Below are positions 1 through 14,182 of a DNA stretch of 64,000 bases, piece after piece. Numbering within the stretch: position 1 is the stretch's first letter; each line of letters opens with the position of its first letter. Below the pieces are notes generated by a model. It was given only the letters and a program-made list of their open reading frames with translations. It was not told the DNA's origin and searched no databases. The stretch covers positions 238,638,001 to 238,702,000 of the forward strand of contig OZ024742.1 of assembly GCA_964016885.1 (NCBI GenBank). Direction: 5' to 3'. A program made the translations under genes and the position numbers. This DNA is from Eledone cirrhosa. Lineage: Eukaryota.

Positions 1-735
1 GAAAATATATATTATATTATAAGCAGAGATAACAATAATAATGATAATAAGTAAAAATATATAAAAATATAAAAATATAGAATAGAAAACTAAAAAAGAA
101 TATTACGAAAGAATATTACATAATAAAAATATTGCATATTAAAAATACTATGTTTTAAAATTATTACGTATTAAAACTTTACATATAAAAATATTAAAAA
201 TAAAAATAAAATAAAATAAAAAATAAAAAATAAAAATATAAAAATATTATAGAATACTACAATACTAAAAGAATAAAAATAAAAATAAAAATAAAAATAA
301 AAATAAAAATAAAAATAAAAATAAAAATAAAAATAAAAATAAAAAATAAACCACAAAGAACAACCCTTCAAGGTTAATTGACAATATATTGCCAAGTTCA
401 CTACAAGACAAAGCCAAAAATTATCTATCAAATCACATCTAGCAAGGAATATCGCAAAAAAAAAAAAAAAAGGTTATGATGTCCAATAATGTCTACATAT
501 GTTCCTATATTTAATATATAAGTTTATCAAGTGTAAGGTTAATTCATAAAATTTGGAGCATCGGCTTTTAGGGTAGCTTAATTTTTCATGAGGAATGTTT
601 AGATAAAAATAAAAATAAAAAATAAAAATAAAAATAAATACAATAAAATAAACAGTAAAAAGAGGGAATCAAAGATTTAGGAATCAAAAGATTTATCGGC
701 TAGTTCTCATATAAATATAAATCAAACTAAATATA

Positions 736-1880
736 CTACATTTTAAATTTAAATTTATATTTAAACGTTGAGTTTAATCTATGTTTGCAACAACTGAATA
801 AATTTGTCCGTAGGTTAAGGGAATTTTTAGATTTTAGTATAAAGAATATCTCCTCTGCGCAGAGGTCACATGTCTCAGAGGATGAATTAAAAGGAATCCC
901 TCTTGAGACTATATTCCAAGCCGTCGAATATCTAACGTTATCTAGCTTAAGTTGCCAGAGTACACCTGATAGTGCCGTTGAAGATTTTTTATTTGGATCT
1001 GTGAAAGAATTCTTGTGGTTATTATAGCGAAGTTTAAATTCCGTCGATGTGGAACCGACGTAGTTAAAAGAATTAGAGTCAGTATTAACATTACAATTGT
1101 ATACTATATTTTTAACTAAGCAGTTGTTATTTAACGGACATTTAGATCTATCTCTACAGTTGCATTTGTTAACTTGTATATTATTTATGCTATTATCAGT
1201 AGTTTTTAAGTTCCTATTATTTATTCTATTAATATTTTGTGCTAAATTTTTGGTGGATGAATAGGTTAATTTAATTGTATGCCTATTGAAGATTGAGTGG
1301 TACCTATGTGTTCTAGGGAAGCGATTATCAAGAGCTTTGAAAAATAATTTAGCGATGTGGGTTTTAATGTTTAGTGAGAAAGGGGGGGCAAACCAAATTA
1401 TGTTCCTAGTTCTATTTCTTTTTTGTCCTTTGGAATTATTGTAATGCTTTCTATTATAGTTGTTAATGTTGTTGCCATAATTAAAAAAGTTGTTACTTTG
1501 TTTAGTTTGTTTATCATTATCTATGTACACAATCTTATCAGCATACCCTGCCCTAGCTAGTGCATCATTATAGTATTGGGCCTTTTCGTCAAAAATCTTT
1601 CTATTCGACGAGATCCTAGAGATACGCTTTTGGACTGAGTTTACTATAGTGTTTTTGACAGATCTGGGGTGGTTAGAGTTAAAGTTGACATAGTTTAAGT
1701 TTTCATTCAACTTGTGAAAAGGATAGTGGAGACATGTGTTGAGATTTAATGTTATATCTAGGAAATTGACTATTCTATGGTTGTTCTCAATTTCTATTTT
1801 AAGGTTAAAGTAATTAAAAAATTTTGTAATTTGTTTACATTTTCTATTTAGTTCAGGGTTATTATTATTAATCAGGAATA
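736..1880 (-). mobile_element. Penelope-like retroelement, 5'-truncated: RT C-terminus/thumb, Cys-rich linker and GIY-YIG endonuclease
   Basis: ORF 736-1710 contains NSNHP, IIWFAPPFS, CNCRDRSKCPLNNNC and NIVY..C...YVGSTSTEFKLRYNNH (GIY-YIG-like), plus CDLC. Manual translation shows the frame stays open upstream to about 1880 and includes the RT motif VNFLDITL. No YxDD is present, so it is truncated. Confidence 0.88.
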
Positions 1881-2032
1881 CTGATATTTACAATATAGTG
1901 TAAGTTTTATAAATACTAATACATTAAAACATAGGGTTTTCTACGCCTCGAATATGTCTGGCTATTTTTAAATTTTTCTCTCTCTATATCTCTCTATATC
2001 TCTCTATATCTCCCTTACATTAATACTTGAGC

Positions 2033-2067
<35 letters not shown>

Positions 2068-2430
2068 ATGCATCATTGATACACTTACTCAAAATGACCT
2101 CCCACTACCTAATTTTTCTATATCTATATTTATATATGTATCTATCTCTATTTCCTCTCTCTATATATATATATATATCTCTTTCGGTCTCTTTACATGA
2201 AGCTCTTCGCTTTATCTATTTTTCCATCTCTCTATTTTGTCCCATGCATTTCTTCTTTTTCTTCTTTTTCTTCCTTTTCTTCGTTTCGTCTTTCTTTCTT
2301 TCTTATTTCCCTCTTTTCTCTCTCTCTTTCTTTCTCTCTGTATTTTCACTGCTAGAGTGAACCTCTTCAAATGAAGTTGATGTTTATTACGGTATGTCGA
2401 ATATATTTATCTATAAAACTGTTTATATTG

Positions 2431-2496
2431 TATTTTGTCTGATGAAGGCATAGCATATTGTTAATATGATATCCCCGAAATATATATAATGAAATA
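2431..2496 (+). ncRNA. Type I hammerhead ribozyme motif (Penelope-type, partly degenerate)
   Basis: Stem I TATTTTGT/ATGAAATA; core CTGATGA 2439-2445; stem II 2446-2476 with 3 mismatches; GAAA 2477-2480; palindromic TATATA stem III loop; cleavage site UA at 2487-2488. Confidence 0.7.
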
Positions 2497-2532
2497 AATA
2501 TGGTTTTATAAATATAGTTTTCCATTTATTAT

Positions 2533-2534
<2 letters not shown>

Positions 2535-2567
<33 letters not shown>

Positions 2568-3762
2568 ATGTATATATATATATATATATGTGTATGTATA
2601 TATATATATATATATGTGTATGTATATATATATATATATATATGTGTATGTATATATATATATATATATGTGTATGTATATATATATATATATATGTGTA
2701 TGTATATATATATATATATATGTGTATGTATATATATATATATATATATGTGTATGTATATATATATATATATATATATGTGTATGTATATATATATATA
2801 TATATGTGTATGTATATATATATATATATATGTGTATGTATATATATATATATATATGTGTATGTATATATATATATATATATGTGTATGTATATATATA
2901 TATATATATGTGTATGTATATGTATATATGTGTATGTATATATATATATGTGTATGTATATATATATATGTGTATGTATATATATATATGTGTATGTATA
3001 TATATATATGTGTATGTATATATATATATATGTGTATGTATATATATATATGTGTATGTATATATATATATGTATATATATATGTGTGTATATATGTATA
3101 TATATATATGTATATATGTATATATATATATGTATATATATATATGTATATATATATATGTATATATATATGTATATATATATGTGTGTATATATATATA
3201 TGTGTATATGTATATATATATATATGTATATATATATATGTATATATATATATGTATATATATATATGTGTATATGTATATATATATATGTATATATATA
3301 TATGTATATATATATATGTATATATATATATGTATATATATATGTATATATATATATGTATATATATATGTATATATATATGTATATATATGTATATATA
3401 TATATGTATATATATATATGTATATATATATATGTGTATATATATATATGTGTGTATATATATATATGTGTATATGTATATGTATATGTGTATATATATA
3501 TGTGTATGTATGTATATGTGTATATATATATGTGTATGTATATATATGTGTATGTATATATATGTATATGTATATATATATGTGTATGTATATATATATA
3601 TATATATATGTGTATGTATATATATGTGTATGTATATATATGTATATGTATATATATATGTGTATGTATATATATATATATATATATGTGTATGTATATA
3701 TATATATATATATGTGTATGTATATATATATATATATATATGTGTATGTATATATATATATG

Positions 3763-3799
<37 letters not shown>

Positions 3800-4820
3800 A
3801 TGTATATATATATATATGTGTATGTATATATATATATATGTGTATATATATATATATGTGTATGTATATATATATATGTGTATATATATATGTGTATGTA
3901 TATATATGTATGTATATGTATATATATGTGTATGTATATATATATATATGTGTATGTATGTATATATATATATATATGTGTATGTATATATATATATATA
4001 TGTGTATCTATATATATATATGTGTATATATGTATATATATATATGTGTATGTATATATATATATATGTGTATCTATATATATATATATGTGTATATATG
4101 TATATATATATATATATGTGTATGTATATATATATATATATGTGTATGTATATATATATATATATGTGTATGTATATATATATATATATATGTGTATGTA
4201 TATATATATATATATATGTGTATGTATATATATATATATATGTGTATGTATATATATATATATATGTGTATGTATATATGTATATATATATATGTGTGTA
4301 TGTATATATATATATATATGTGTATGTATATATATATATATGTGTATGTATATATATGTGTATGTATATATATATGTGTATGTATATATGTATATATATG
4401 TGTATGTATATATATATGTGTATGTATATATGTATATATATATGTGTATGTATATATGTATATATATATGTGTATATATATGTATATATATATGTGTATG
4501 TATATGTATATATATATGTGTATGTATATGTATATATATATGTGTATGTATATATATATATGTGTATGTATATATATATATGTGTATGTATATATATATA
4601 TGTGTATGTATATGTATATATATATGTGTATGTATATGTATATATATATGTATATATATATATATGTATATATATGTATATGTGTATGTATATGTATATA
4701 TATATATATGTGTATGTGTATATATATATGTATATATGTGTATGTGTATATATATATGTATGTGTATGTATGTATATGTATATATATATATATGTGTATG
4801 TGTATATATATATGTATATG

Positions 4821-4853
<33 letters not shown>

Positions 4854-4879
4854 GTATATATATATATATGTATGTGTAT

Positions 4880-4915
<36 letters not shown>

Positions 4916-5139
4916 GTATATATATATATATATATGTATATGTGTATATATATATGTATATGTATATATATGTATATATATATGTATATGTATATATATG
5001 TATGTATATATATATATATGTATATGTATATGTATATATATGTATATGTATATATATGTATGTATATAGATATATATGTATATGTATATATATATATGTG
5101 TATGTGTATGTGTATATGTATATATATATATATATGTGT

Positions 5140-5173
<34 letters not shown>

Positions 5174-5720
5174 ATGTGTATGTGTATATATATATGTATA
5201 TATATATATATGTGTATGTGTATGTATATGTATATATATATATATATATATGTATGTGTATATGTATATATATATATATATATGTGTATGTGTATATATA
5301 TATGTATATATATATATATATATATGTGTTTGTGTATATATATATATATATGTGTATGTGTATATATATATGTATATATATATATGTGTATGTGTATATA
5401 TATATGTATATATATATATATATGTGTATGTGTATATATATATGTATATATATATATATATATGTGTATATATATATATGTGTATATGTGTATATATATA
5501 TGTATATATATATATATATATATGTGTATATGTATATATGTGTATATATATATGTATATATATATATATGTATATATGTGTATATGTGTATATATATATG
5601 TATATATATATATATGTATATATGTGTATATGTGTATATATATATGTATATATATATATATATATGTGTATATATATATATATATATGTGTATATGTATA
5701 TATATATATGTGTATATGTA

Positions 5721-5751
<31 letters not shown>

Positions 5752-6931
5752 ATATATATATGTGTATATGTATATATATATATATGTGTATATGTATATA
5801 TATATATGTATATATGTATATATATATATGTATATATGTATATATATATATGTGTATATGTATATATATATATGTGTATATGTATATATATATATATGTA
5901 TGTATATGTATATATATATATATGTATGTGTATATATATATATGTATGTGTATATATATATATATGTATGTATATGTATATATATATATGTGTATGTATA
6001 TATATATATATGTATGTATATGTATATATATATATATGTATGTATATGTATATATATATATATGTATGTATATGTATATATATATATATGTATGTATATG
6101 TATATATATATGTATGTATATGTATATATATATATATGTATGTATATGTATATATATATATATGTATGTATATGTATATATATATGTATGTATATGTATA
6201 TATATATGTATGTATATGTATATATATATGTATGTATATGTATATATATATATATGTATGTATATGTATATATATATATATGTATGTATATGTATATATA
6301 TATATATGTATGTATATGTATATATGTATGTATATGTATGTATATGTATATATATATATGTATGTATATGTATATATATATATGTATGTATATGTATATA
6401 TATATATATGTATGTATATGTATATATATATATATGTATGTATATGTATATATATATATATGTATGTATATGTATATATATATATATGTATGTATATATA
6501 TATATATGTATGTATATGTATATATATATATATGTATGTATATGTATATATATATATATGTATGTATATGTATATATATATATATGTATGTATATGTATA
6601 TATATATATATGTATGTATATGTATATATATATATATGTATGTATATGTATATAATATATATATGTATGTATATGTATATATATATATATGTATGTATAT
6701 GTATATATATATATATGTATGTATATGTATATATATATATATGTATGTATATGTATATATATATATATGTATGTATATGTATATATATATATATGTATGT
6801 ATATGTATATATATATATATGTATGTATATGTATATATATATATATGTATGTATATGTATATATATATATATGTATGTATATGTATATATATATATGTAT
6901 GTATATGTATATATATATATGTATGTATATG

Positions 6932-6971
<40 letters not shown>

Positions 6972-7127
6972 TATGTATATGTATATATATATATATGTAT
7001 GTATATGTATATATATATATATGTATGTATATGTATATATATATATATGTATGTATATGTATATATATATATATGTATGTATATGTATATATATGTATAT
7101 GTATATATATATATATGTATGTATATG

Positions 7128-7158
<31 letters not shown>

Positions 7159-7341
7159 GTATGTATATGTATATATATATATATGTATGTATATGTATAT
7201 ATATATATATGTATGTATATGTATATATATATATATGTATGTATATGTATATATATATATATGTATGTATATGTATATATATATATATGTATGTATATGT
7301 ATATATATATATATGTATGTATATGTATATATATATGTATG

Positions 7342-7380
<39 letters not shown>

Positions 7381-8469
7381 GTATATATATGTATATATGT
7401 ATATATGTATGTATATATATGTATATATATATATGTATATATGTATGTATATATGTATATGTATGTATGTATATGTATATATGTGTATGTATATATATAT
7501 ATGTGTATGTATATATATATGTGTATGTATATATATATATGTGTATGTATATATATATATGTGTATGTATATATATATATGTGTATGTATATATATATAT
7601 GTGTATGTATATATATATATGTGTATGTATATATATATATGTGTATGTATATATATATATATGTGTATGTATATATATATATATGTGTATGTATATATAT
7701 ATGTGTATGTATATATATATATATGTGTATGTATATATATATATATGTGTATGTATATATATATATATGTGTATGTATATATATATATATGTGTATGTAT
7801 ATATATATATATGTGTATGTATATATATATATATGTGTATGTATATATATATATATATGTGTATGTATATATATATATATGTGTATGTATATATATATAT
7901 ATGTGTATGTATATATATATATATATGTGTATGTATATATATATATATGTGTATGTATATATATATATATGTGTATGTATATATATATATATGTGTATGT
8001 ATATATATATATATGTGTATGTATATATATATATATGTGTATGTATATATATATATATGTGTATGTATATATATATATATGTGTATGTATATATATATAT
8101 ATATGTGTATGTATATATATATATATGTGTATGTATATATATATATATGTGTATGTATATATATATATATATGTGTATGTATATATATATATATGTGTAT
8201 GTATATATATATATATGTGTATGTATATATATATATATATGTGTATGTATATATATATATGTGTATGTATATATATATATATGTGTATGTATATATATAT
8301 ATATGTGTATATATATATATATGTGTATGTATATATATATATGTGTATGTATATATATATATGTGTATGTATATATATATATGTGTATGTATATATATAT
8401 ATGTGTATGTATATATATATATGTGTATGTATATATATATATGTGTATGTATATATATATATATGTATG

Positions 8470-8503
<34 letters not shown>

Positions 8504-9648
8504 TGTGTGTCTATATATATATGTGTGTATATATATATATGTGTGTGTGTATATATATATATGTGTGTATATATATATATGTGTATGTGTATATATATAT
8601 GTGTATATATATGTGTGTATGTATATATATATATATGTGTGTATGTATATATATATATATGTTTGTATGTATATATATATATGTATGTATATATATATAT
8701 ATGTATATATATATATGTGTGTATGTATATATATATATATGTGTGTGTATGTATATATATATATGTGTGTATGTATATATATATATGTATGTATATATAT
8801 ATATGTATGTATATATATATATGTGTGTATGTATATATATATGTGTGTGTATGTATGTATATATATGTGTGTATGTATATATATATATATGTGTGTATGT
8901 ATGTATATATATATATATATATATGTGTGTATGTATATATATATATATGTGTGTATGTATATATATATATATGTGTGTATGTATATATATATATATGTGT
9001 GTATGTATATATATATGTGTGTATGTATATATATATATATATGTGTGTATGTATATATATATATATATGTGTGTATGTATATATATATATATATGTGTGT
9101 ATGTATATATATATATATATGTGTGTATGTATATATATATATATATGTGTATGTATATATATATATATGTGTGTGTATGTATATATATATATATATGTGT
9201 GTGTATGTATATATATATATGTGTGTGTATGTATATATATATATATGTGTGTATGTATATATATATATATGTGTGTATGTATATATATATATATGTGTGT
9301 ATGTATATATATATATGTGTGTATGTATATATATATATATGTGTGTATGTATATATATATATATGTGTGTATGTATATATATATATATGTGTATGTATAT
9401 ATATATATATGTGTGTATGTATATATATATATGTGTATGTATATATATATATATATATATGTGTATATATATATATATGTGTATGTATATGTATGTGTAT
9501 GTGTATATATATGTATGTGTATATATATATATGTATGTGTATATATATATGTATGTGTATATATATATGTATGTGTATATATATATATGTATGTGTATAT
9601 ATATATATGTATGTGTATATATATATATGTATGTGTATATATATATAT
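2535..9648. repeat. Giant (TA)n-derived microsatellite, about 7.1 kb, with G substitutions and locally homogenised sub-units
   Basis: Continuous TA/TG alternation, with blocks of units such as gtgtatgtat(at)n and gtatgtatatgt(at)n. Confidence 0.97.
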
Positions 9649-12600
9649 CATCATCACCGTTTTACGTCCGTTCTTCCACGCTAGCATGGGTTAGACGGGT
9701 TGTCCTGTTGTGGGCAGTGTCTGGTCGGCTGACCATGCCTTGCTCATACAGGAACTGATCTGGCTTGATTTCTACAGCTGGATGCCCTTCCTAACACCAA
9801 CCTCATTTACAGTGAGTGCTGGGTGCTTTTTCGTGGCGCCTACACGTCCACTTTACAGTGTGGGCTGGGTGCTTTTTTGCCGTGGCACCTCCACGACCAC
9901 CTTGCGGTGGGGGGGGGGGGGGGGCATATTGTTTATATGCATCAGCATGTACCCATGGGAGGTCGGGTACCCTGTATTACTGCGTGACGCCAGAAGTCAC
10001 GGTCGTGTGTCATTGACTTTGAGAGGTGTAGTTGGGTAAGGTCGGCTTTTATCACCTCATCCCAAGTCATCTTGGGTCTCCCCACTCCGCGGTTTCCATC
10101 AACTTCTAGTGCTCTGCACCTTTTTATGCAGCTGTCATCCTTCATACGCATCACATGTCCATACCAGCGTAACCGCCTCTCCTGCACGCAGCATTTGATT
10201 CCTCTTATGCTCAGTCTCTCTCTCAATTCATTTATGCTTTGTCGTTCACGTATATTACTGTTACACATCCATCGGAGCATGCAGGCTTCGTTTCTCTCTA
10301 ATCTACGTAAGTCTTCCACCTTCAGCGCCCAGGTCTCACTACCATGCAACATCGCTGTTCGGATACACGCATCATACAGTCTGCCTTTCATTCTGAGGGA
10401 GAAGCCTTTTGCAGCTAGCAGTGGTAGTAGTTCCCTAAACTTCTTCCATCCCGTTCTTACCCTAGTTATTGTACTTTCTGAGCACCCACCTCCGTTGCTA
10501 ATTCGGTCACCTAGGTAGCAGAAGCTGTCTACTGTTTCTACAGGGCCCTCCCAGAGATTGGTGGTACTTGTTTCCTGTGGCTGTTTGCTTGCTGTTTCAG
10601 CACAGCTGCTGCATGTGAATCCTACATTCTTAATTAAGCTTCCTGAGATCCCGCTACATCTCTTGTGTACCCATTGTTTGCATTTGGGGCAAAGAATGGA
10701 GTTCCTACCTACACCTTTCCTACATACTGAGCAAGGCCATTTCCCTGAGGGGATCTGGGTTCTGTTTTCTCGTCTACTTATAAGGACCTTAGTCTTTGTC
10801 ATGTTGACTTTGAGGCCCTTTCTCTCTAGTCCCTGCTTCCAGGTTTGGAATTTATTCTCTAGTTCTACCATAGATTCAGCTATGAGTGCGAGGTCATCAG
10901 CATACAGGAGTTCCCATGGGCATCCGGTCTTAAACTCCTCCGTTATTGCCTGCAGGACTATGATGAACAGGAGAGGGCTAAGAACAGAGCCCTGGTGGAC
11001 CCCAACCTGTACGCTAAATTCCTCGCTATACTCATTGCCAATCCTAACTTTGCTGACTGCTCCCCTATACATGGCTTGTACCGCTTTCACAAGCCATTCA
11101 TCTACTCCTAGTTTTCTAAGAGCCCACCAGATTACTGCACGTGGAACTCTGTCAAAGGCTTTCTCAAGGTCGACAAATGCCAAGTAGAGTGGCTTACTTT
11201 TAGCTAGGTACTTTTCCTGTAATTGCCTCACAAGGAAGAGCGCATCAGTGGTGCCTTTCCCTGGAACAAACCCAAATTGCATCTCGTCTATATTCACCCG
11301 GTCCCTAATCAGCTGTGCTATAACTCTTTCTGTTACTTTCATGACCTGGTCCATCAACTTTATACCTCTATAGTTTCCTCTATCTAGTGCATCGCCTTTA
11401 CCTTTGTAGCAGTTGACAATGATGCTACTGCACCAATCTTTTGGTATGGCCCCCTCTAGTATTACCTGGTTAACGATACGTGTGGTTATAGTGTGACCTA
11501 CAGACCCAGATGCCTTCAGCATCTCGGCAGCTATACCCGATGGACCGGTTGCCTTCCCTATCTTCATATCTCTGATTGCCTTACTTACTACGCTGCCGCT
11601 GACTTGTACTGCTGGTCCCTCTATAGGGTCTACGTGGGGTAGGGTCTCTTCTTCCCATGCATTCTCCTCATTTAGTAATCTATCATAATGACTCTTCCAT
11701 GCATCTTTCTTCTCAGCACTTGTGAGGGCAAGCTCACCTTTATCATTCCGGATACACTTCTCTCCAATGACATCACAACTATCTCTGACACACTGCCTCG
11801 CAATCTTGAATACCTCCTGTTTCTGGTCCTCACGTTGTAAAACATGCTTGAATTTTCTATCCTCTGCTTCCCTCCTAGCTAAGTATACTTGTCGCCTAGC
11901 TTCCCTCTTGGTCTCTATGTAATGTACCCTGCTCCCCCCGTTCTTCCATTCTTTCCATGCCTGTCTCTTGGCCTTGACTGCTTCATCTACCTTATTGTTC
12001 CACCACCAAGTCACTCTCCTCCTGCTTGAGGTCTTACTCCAGCCACAAACCTCATCCGTCGCCTCTAGTAAGTTATTTTTTAGGAACTCCCAGTTCTCTT
12101 CTACGTTAAATGTCTCTATCTGTTCTTCTTTACTGTCGTAGGCGTTGAGTAAAATATCTTTAAATCTGTTACTGGTTGAGGGGACTTTCAGCTTCCAGAT
12201 CTTTCTTCTCCAGGTTGGCCTCTGTTTCAGGGCTCGTCTAGTTCTGACCGTGAGGTCGCTGACAACTAAGCTATGTTGGGATGTACATTCCTCACTAGGG
12301 AAGGCTTTTGTGTTTACGACCGTCCATCTGTCACGTCCTCTGATGAGGATAAAATCTAACTGACTAGAGTGCTCCCCTGATCTATAGGTGATCAGGTGGT
12401 TGTCGGGTTTTTTAAAGTTTGTGTTACATATCGACATGTCATTGGCGTCGCAGAATTCTAGAAGTCTGAATCCTTCCTCATTCCTTGTGCCAACTCCATG
12501 GCCTCCATGTACTCTATTGAAGCCGTCGCAGTGTTTACCTACGTGTCCGTTAAAATCTCCTGCAATGATTAGGAAGTCCTTGTCGTCTGTTAGAGCAGTA

Positions 12601-13088
12601 GTGTGTATTAGGGACTCGTAAAACCTATCCTTAAGTTCGTCTGGCAGCCCCGATTGGGGTGCGTAAGCTGATATTATTGTGGTAATTGTCTTATTCAGGA
12701 CTAGTCTGAGTTTAATGATTCTTGCATTTACCCTGTACACTGAGATTACTTTATCTACCCACTTGTCAGCTAATAGTATACCTACACCACCCATCCCATC
12801 GTCATTTCCCACCCAGAAAAATTTGTAGCACTGGCTTTTTCCTACAAGGACTCTAGCAGACCCTCCTCTCCATCTAGTCTCTTGCACACAGCATACATCA
12901 ACTTCCTTTCGCTCTAGCATTTCTACGATTTCTCCTGCTCTTCCTTTCATTGAGCCTACATTGATGGTACCAACTCGGAGTTTTGGGCATTTGTCGACAC
13001 TCGTAGGGGAGGGTCTCTGGGTTGGCGCTTCACGTGGGTGCTTGGTAGCTCGCAGATTCATATTTCATCTATTGATTCAGAGTTGCTC
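9649..13088 (-). mobile_element. Essentially full-length RTE-clade LINE
   Basis: Single intact ORF; about 290-bp 3' UTR ending in a (TGA)n tail at about 9649; short 5' leader. A candidate 16-bp TSD gtgtatatatatatat lies at 9633-9648 and 13089-13104, but it is low complexity. Confidence 0.93.
9942..13061 (-). CDS. RTE LINE ORF (1039 aa): APE endonuclease, reverse transcriptase, PHD-type zinc finger
   Basis: APE motifs [39 protein letters not shown] motifs [43 protein letters not shown]. Cys4-His-Cys3 insert before the thumb. Confidence 0.93.
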   Translation of the reverse strand: MNLRATKHPREAPTQRPSPTSVDKCPKLRVGTINVGSMKGRAGEIVEMLERKEVDVCCVQETRWRGGSARVLVGKSQCYKFFWVGNDDGMGGVGILLADKWVDKVISVYRVNARIIKLRLVLNKTITTIISAYAPQSGLPDELKDRFYESLIHTTALTDDKDFLIIAGDFNGHVGKHCDGFNRVHGGHGVGTRNEEGFRLLEFCDANDMSICNTNFKKPDNHLITYRSGEHSSQLDFILIRGRDRWTVVNTKAFPSEECTSQHSLVVSDLTVRTRRALKQRPTWRRKIWKLKVPSTSNRFKDILLNAYDSKEEQIETFNVEENWEFLKNNLLEATDEVCGWSKTSSRRRVTWWWNNKVDEAVKAKRQAWKEWKNGGSRVHYIETKREARRQVYLARREAEDRKFKHVLQREDQKQEVFKIARQCVRDSCDVIGEKCIRNDKGELALTSAEKKDAWKSHYDRLLNEENAWEEETLPHVDPIEGPAVQVSGSVVSKAIRDMKIGKATGPSGIAAEMLKASGSVGHTITTRIVNQVILEGAIPKDWCSSIIVNCYKGKGDALDRGNYRGIKLMDQVMKVTERVIAQLIRDRVNIDEMQFGFVPGKGTTDALFLVRQLQEKYLAKSKPLYLAFVDLEKAFDRVPRAVIWWALRKLGVDEWLVKAVQAMYRGAVSKVRIGNEYSEEFSVQVGVHQGSVLSPLLFIIVLQAITEEFKTGCPWELLYADDLALIAESMVELENKFQTWKQGLERKGLKVNMTKTKVLISRRENRTQIPSGKWPCSVCRKGVGRNSILCPKCKQWVHKRCSGISGSLIKNVGFTCSSCAETASKQPQETSTTNLWEGPVETVDSFCYLGDRISNGGGCSESTITRVRTGWKKFRELLPLLAAKGFSLRMKGRLYDACIRTAMLHGSETWALKVEDLRRLERNEACMLRWMCNSNIRERQSINELRERLSIRGIKCCVQERRLRWYGHVMRMKDDSCIKRCRALEVDGNRGVGRPKMTWDEVIKADLTQLHLSKSMTHDRDFWRHAVIQGTRPPMGTC

Positions 13089-13856
13089 GTGTATATATAT
13101 ATATGTATGTATATATATATATGTATGTATATATATATGTGTATGTATATATATATGTATGTATATATATACATGTATTTGTATATATATACATGTATTT
13201 GTATATATATATATATGTATTTGTATATATATACATGTATTTGTATATATATACATGTATTTGTATATATATACATGTATTTGTATATATATACATGTAT
13301 TTGTATATATATACATGTATTTGTATATATATATACATGTATTTGTATATATATATATATGTATTTGTATATATATATATATGTATTTGTATATATATAT
13401 ATATGTATTTGTATATATATACATGTATTTGTATATATATACATGTATTTGTATATATATACATGTATTTGTATATATATACATGTATTTGTATATATAT
13501 ACATGTATTTGTATATATATACATGTATTTGTATATATATATATATGTATTTGTATATATATATATGTATTTGTATATATATATATGTATTTGTATATAT
13601 ATATATGTATTTGTATATATATATATGTATTTGTATATATATATATATGTATTTGTATATATATATATATGTATTTGTATATATATATATATGTATTTGT
13701 ATATATATATATATGTATTTGTATATATATATATATGTATTTGTATATATATATATATGTATTTGTATATATATATATATGTATTTGTATATATATATAT
13801 ATGTATTTGTATATATATTTATATGTATTTGTATATATATATATATATGTATTTGT
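13089..13856. repeat. TA-rich tandem array with a distinct TGTATTTGTA(TA)n unit
   Basis: Unit of about 20-26 bp repeated from about 13170 to 13856, including an ACATGTATTTG variant. Confidence 0.95.
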
Positions 13857-14094
13857 ATATTTAGAAACACACAGATACATGCGGACACACACATATATAC
13901 ATGAACGCATCCGCACCCAACTGTGAGTTAAGGGTGCCAACTTCACCGATGTTGCTCAATGAATGACTGGGACAGACCAATTCAGTTTGAACCAGACTGA
14001 ACCAGTATCGGAGTTAAAAATACATTATGAAGAGAGAAGAAACATTTAGATATAATTAGTAATAAAATGTATCATACCTAAACTGTTCCTAAAT

Positions 14095-14182
14095 TCCTCG
14101 ACTACGTAGTTTCGTGGCATAAACAAAAACAATATATCAAAGATATAGAGTCCTTGCGAGGTCTGCCGACTTATCAAGAGGA
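14095..14182 (-). ncRNA. Type I hammerhead ribozyme, copy 1 (U3-A8 core variant)
   Basis: Minus strand reads TCCTC-TTGATAA-GTCGGCA-(44 nt)-TGCCAC-GAAA-CTACGTAG-TC-GAGGA. Stem I TCCTC/GAGGA, stem II GT(C)GGCA/TGCCAC, stem III palindrome CTACGTAG, GUC cleavage triplet with the cut between 14100 and 14099. Confidence 0.85.

Noticed and set aside
171-431. 86-aa FY-repeat ORF, and the Phe-rich ORF at 2076-2360
   Set aside because: Translations of (TAAAAA)n and pyrimidine-rich low-complexity sequence.
2506-9758. Very long Tyr/Ile/His/Val/Cys/Met ORFs (up to 2393 aa), also at 13-14 kb, 16-23 kb and 24-27 kb
   Set aside because: TA/TG alternation cannot produce stop codons, so several frames on both strands are open; these are microsatellite artefacts.
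10072-12621. Plus-strand ORFs overlapping the RTE ORF
   Set aside because: Antisense shadows of the LINE coding sequence with no motifs of their own.
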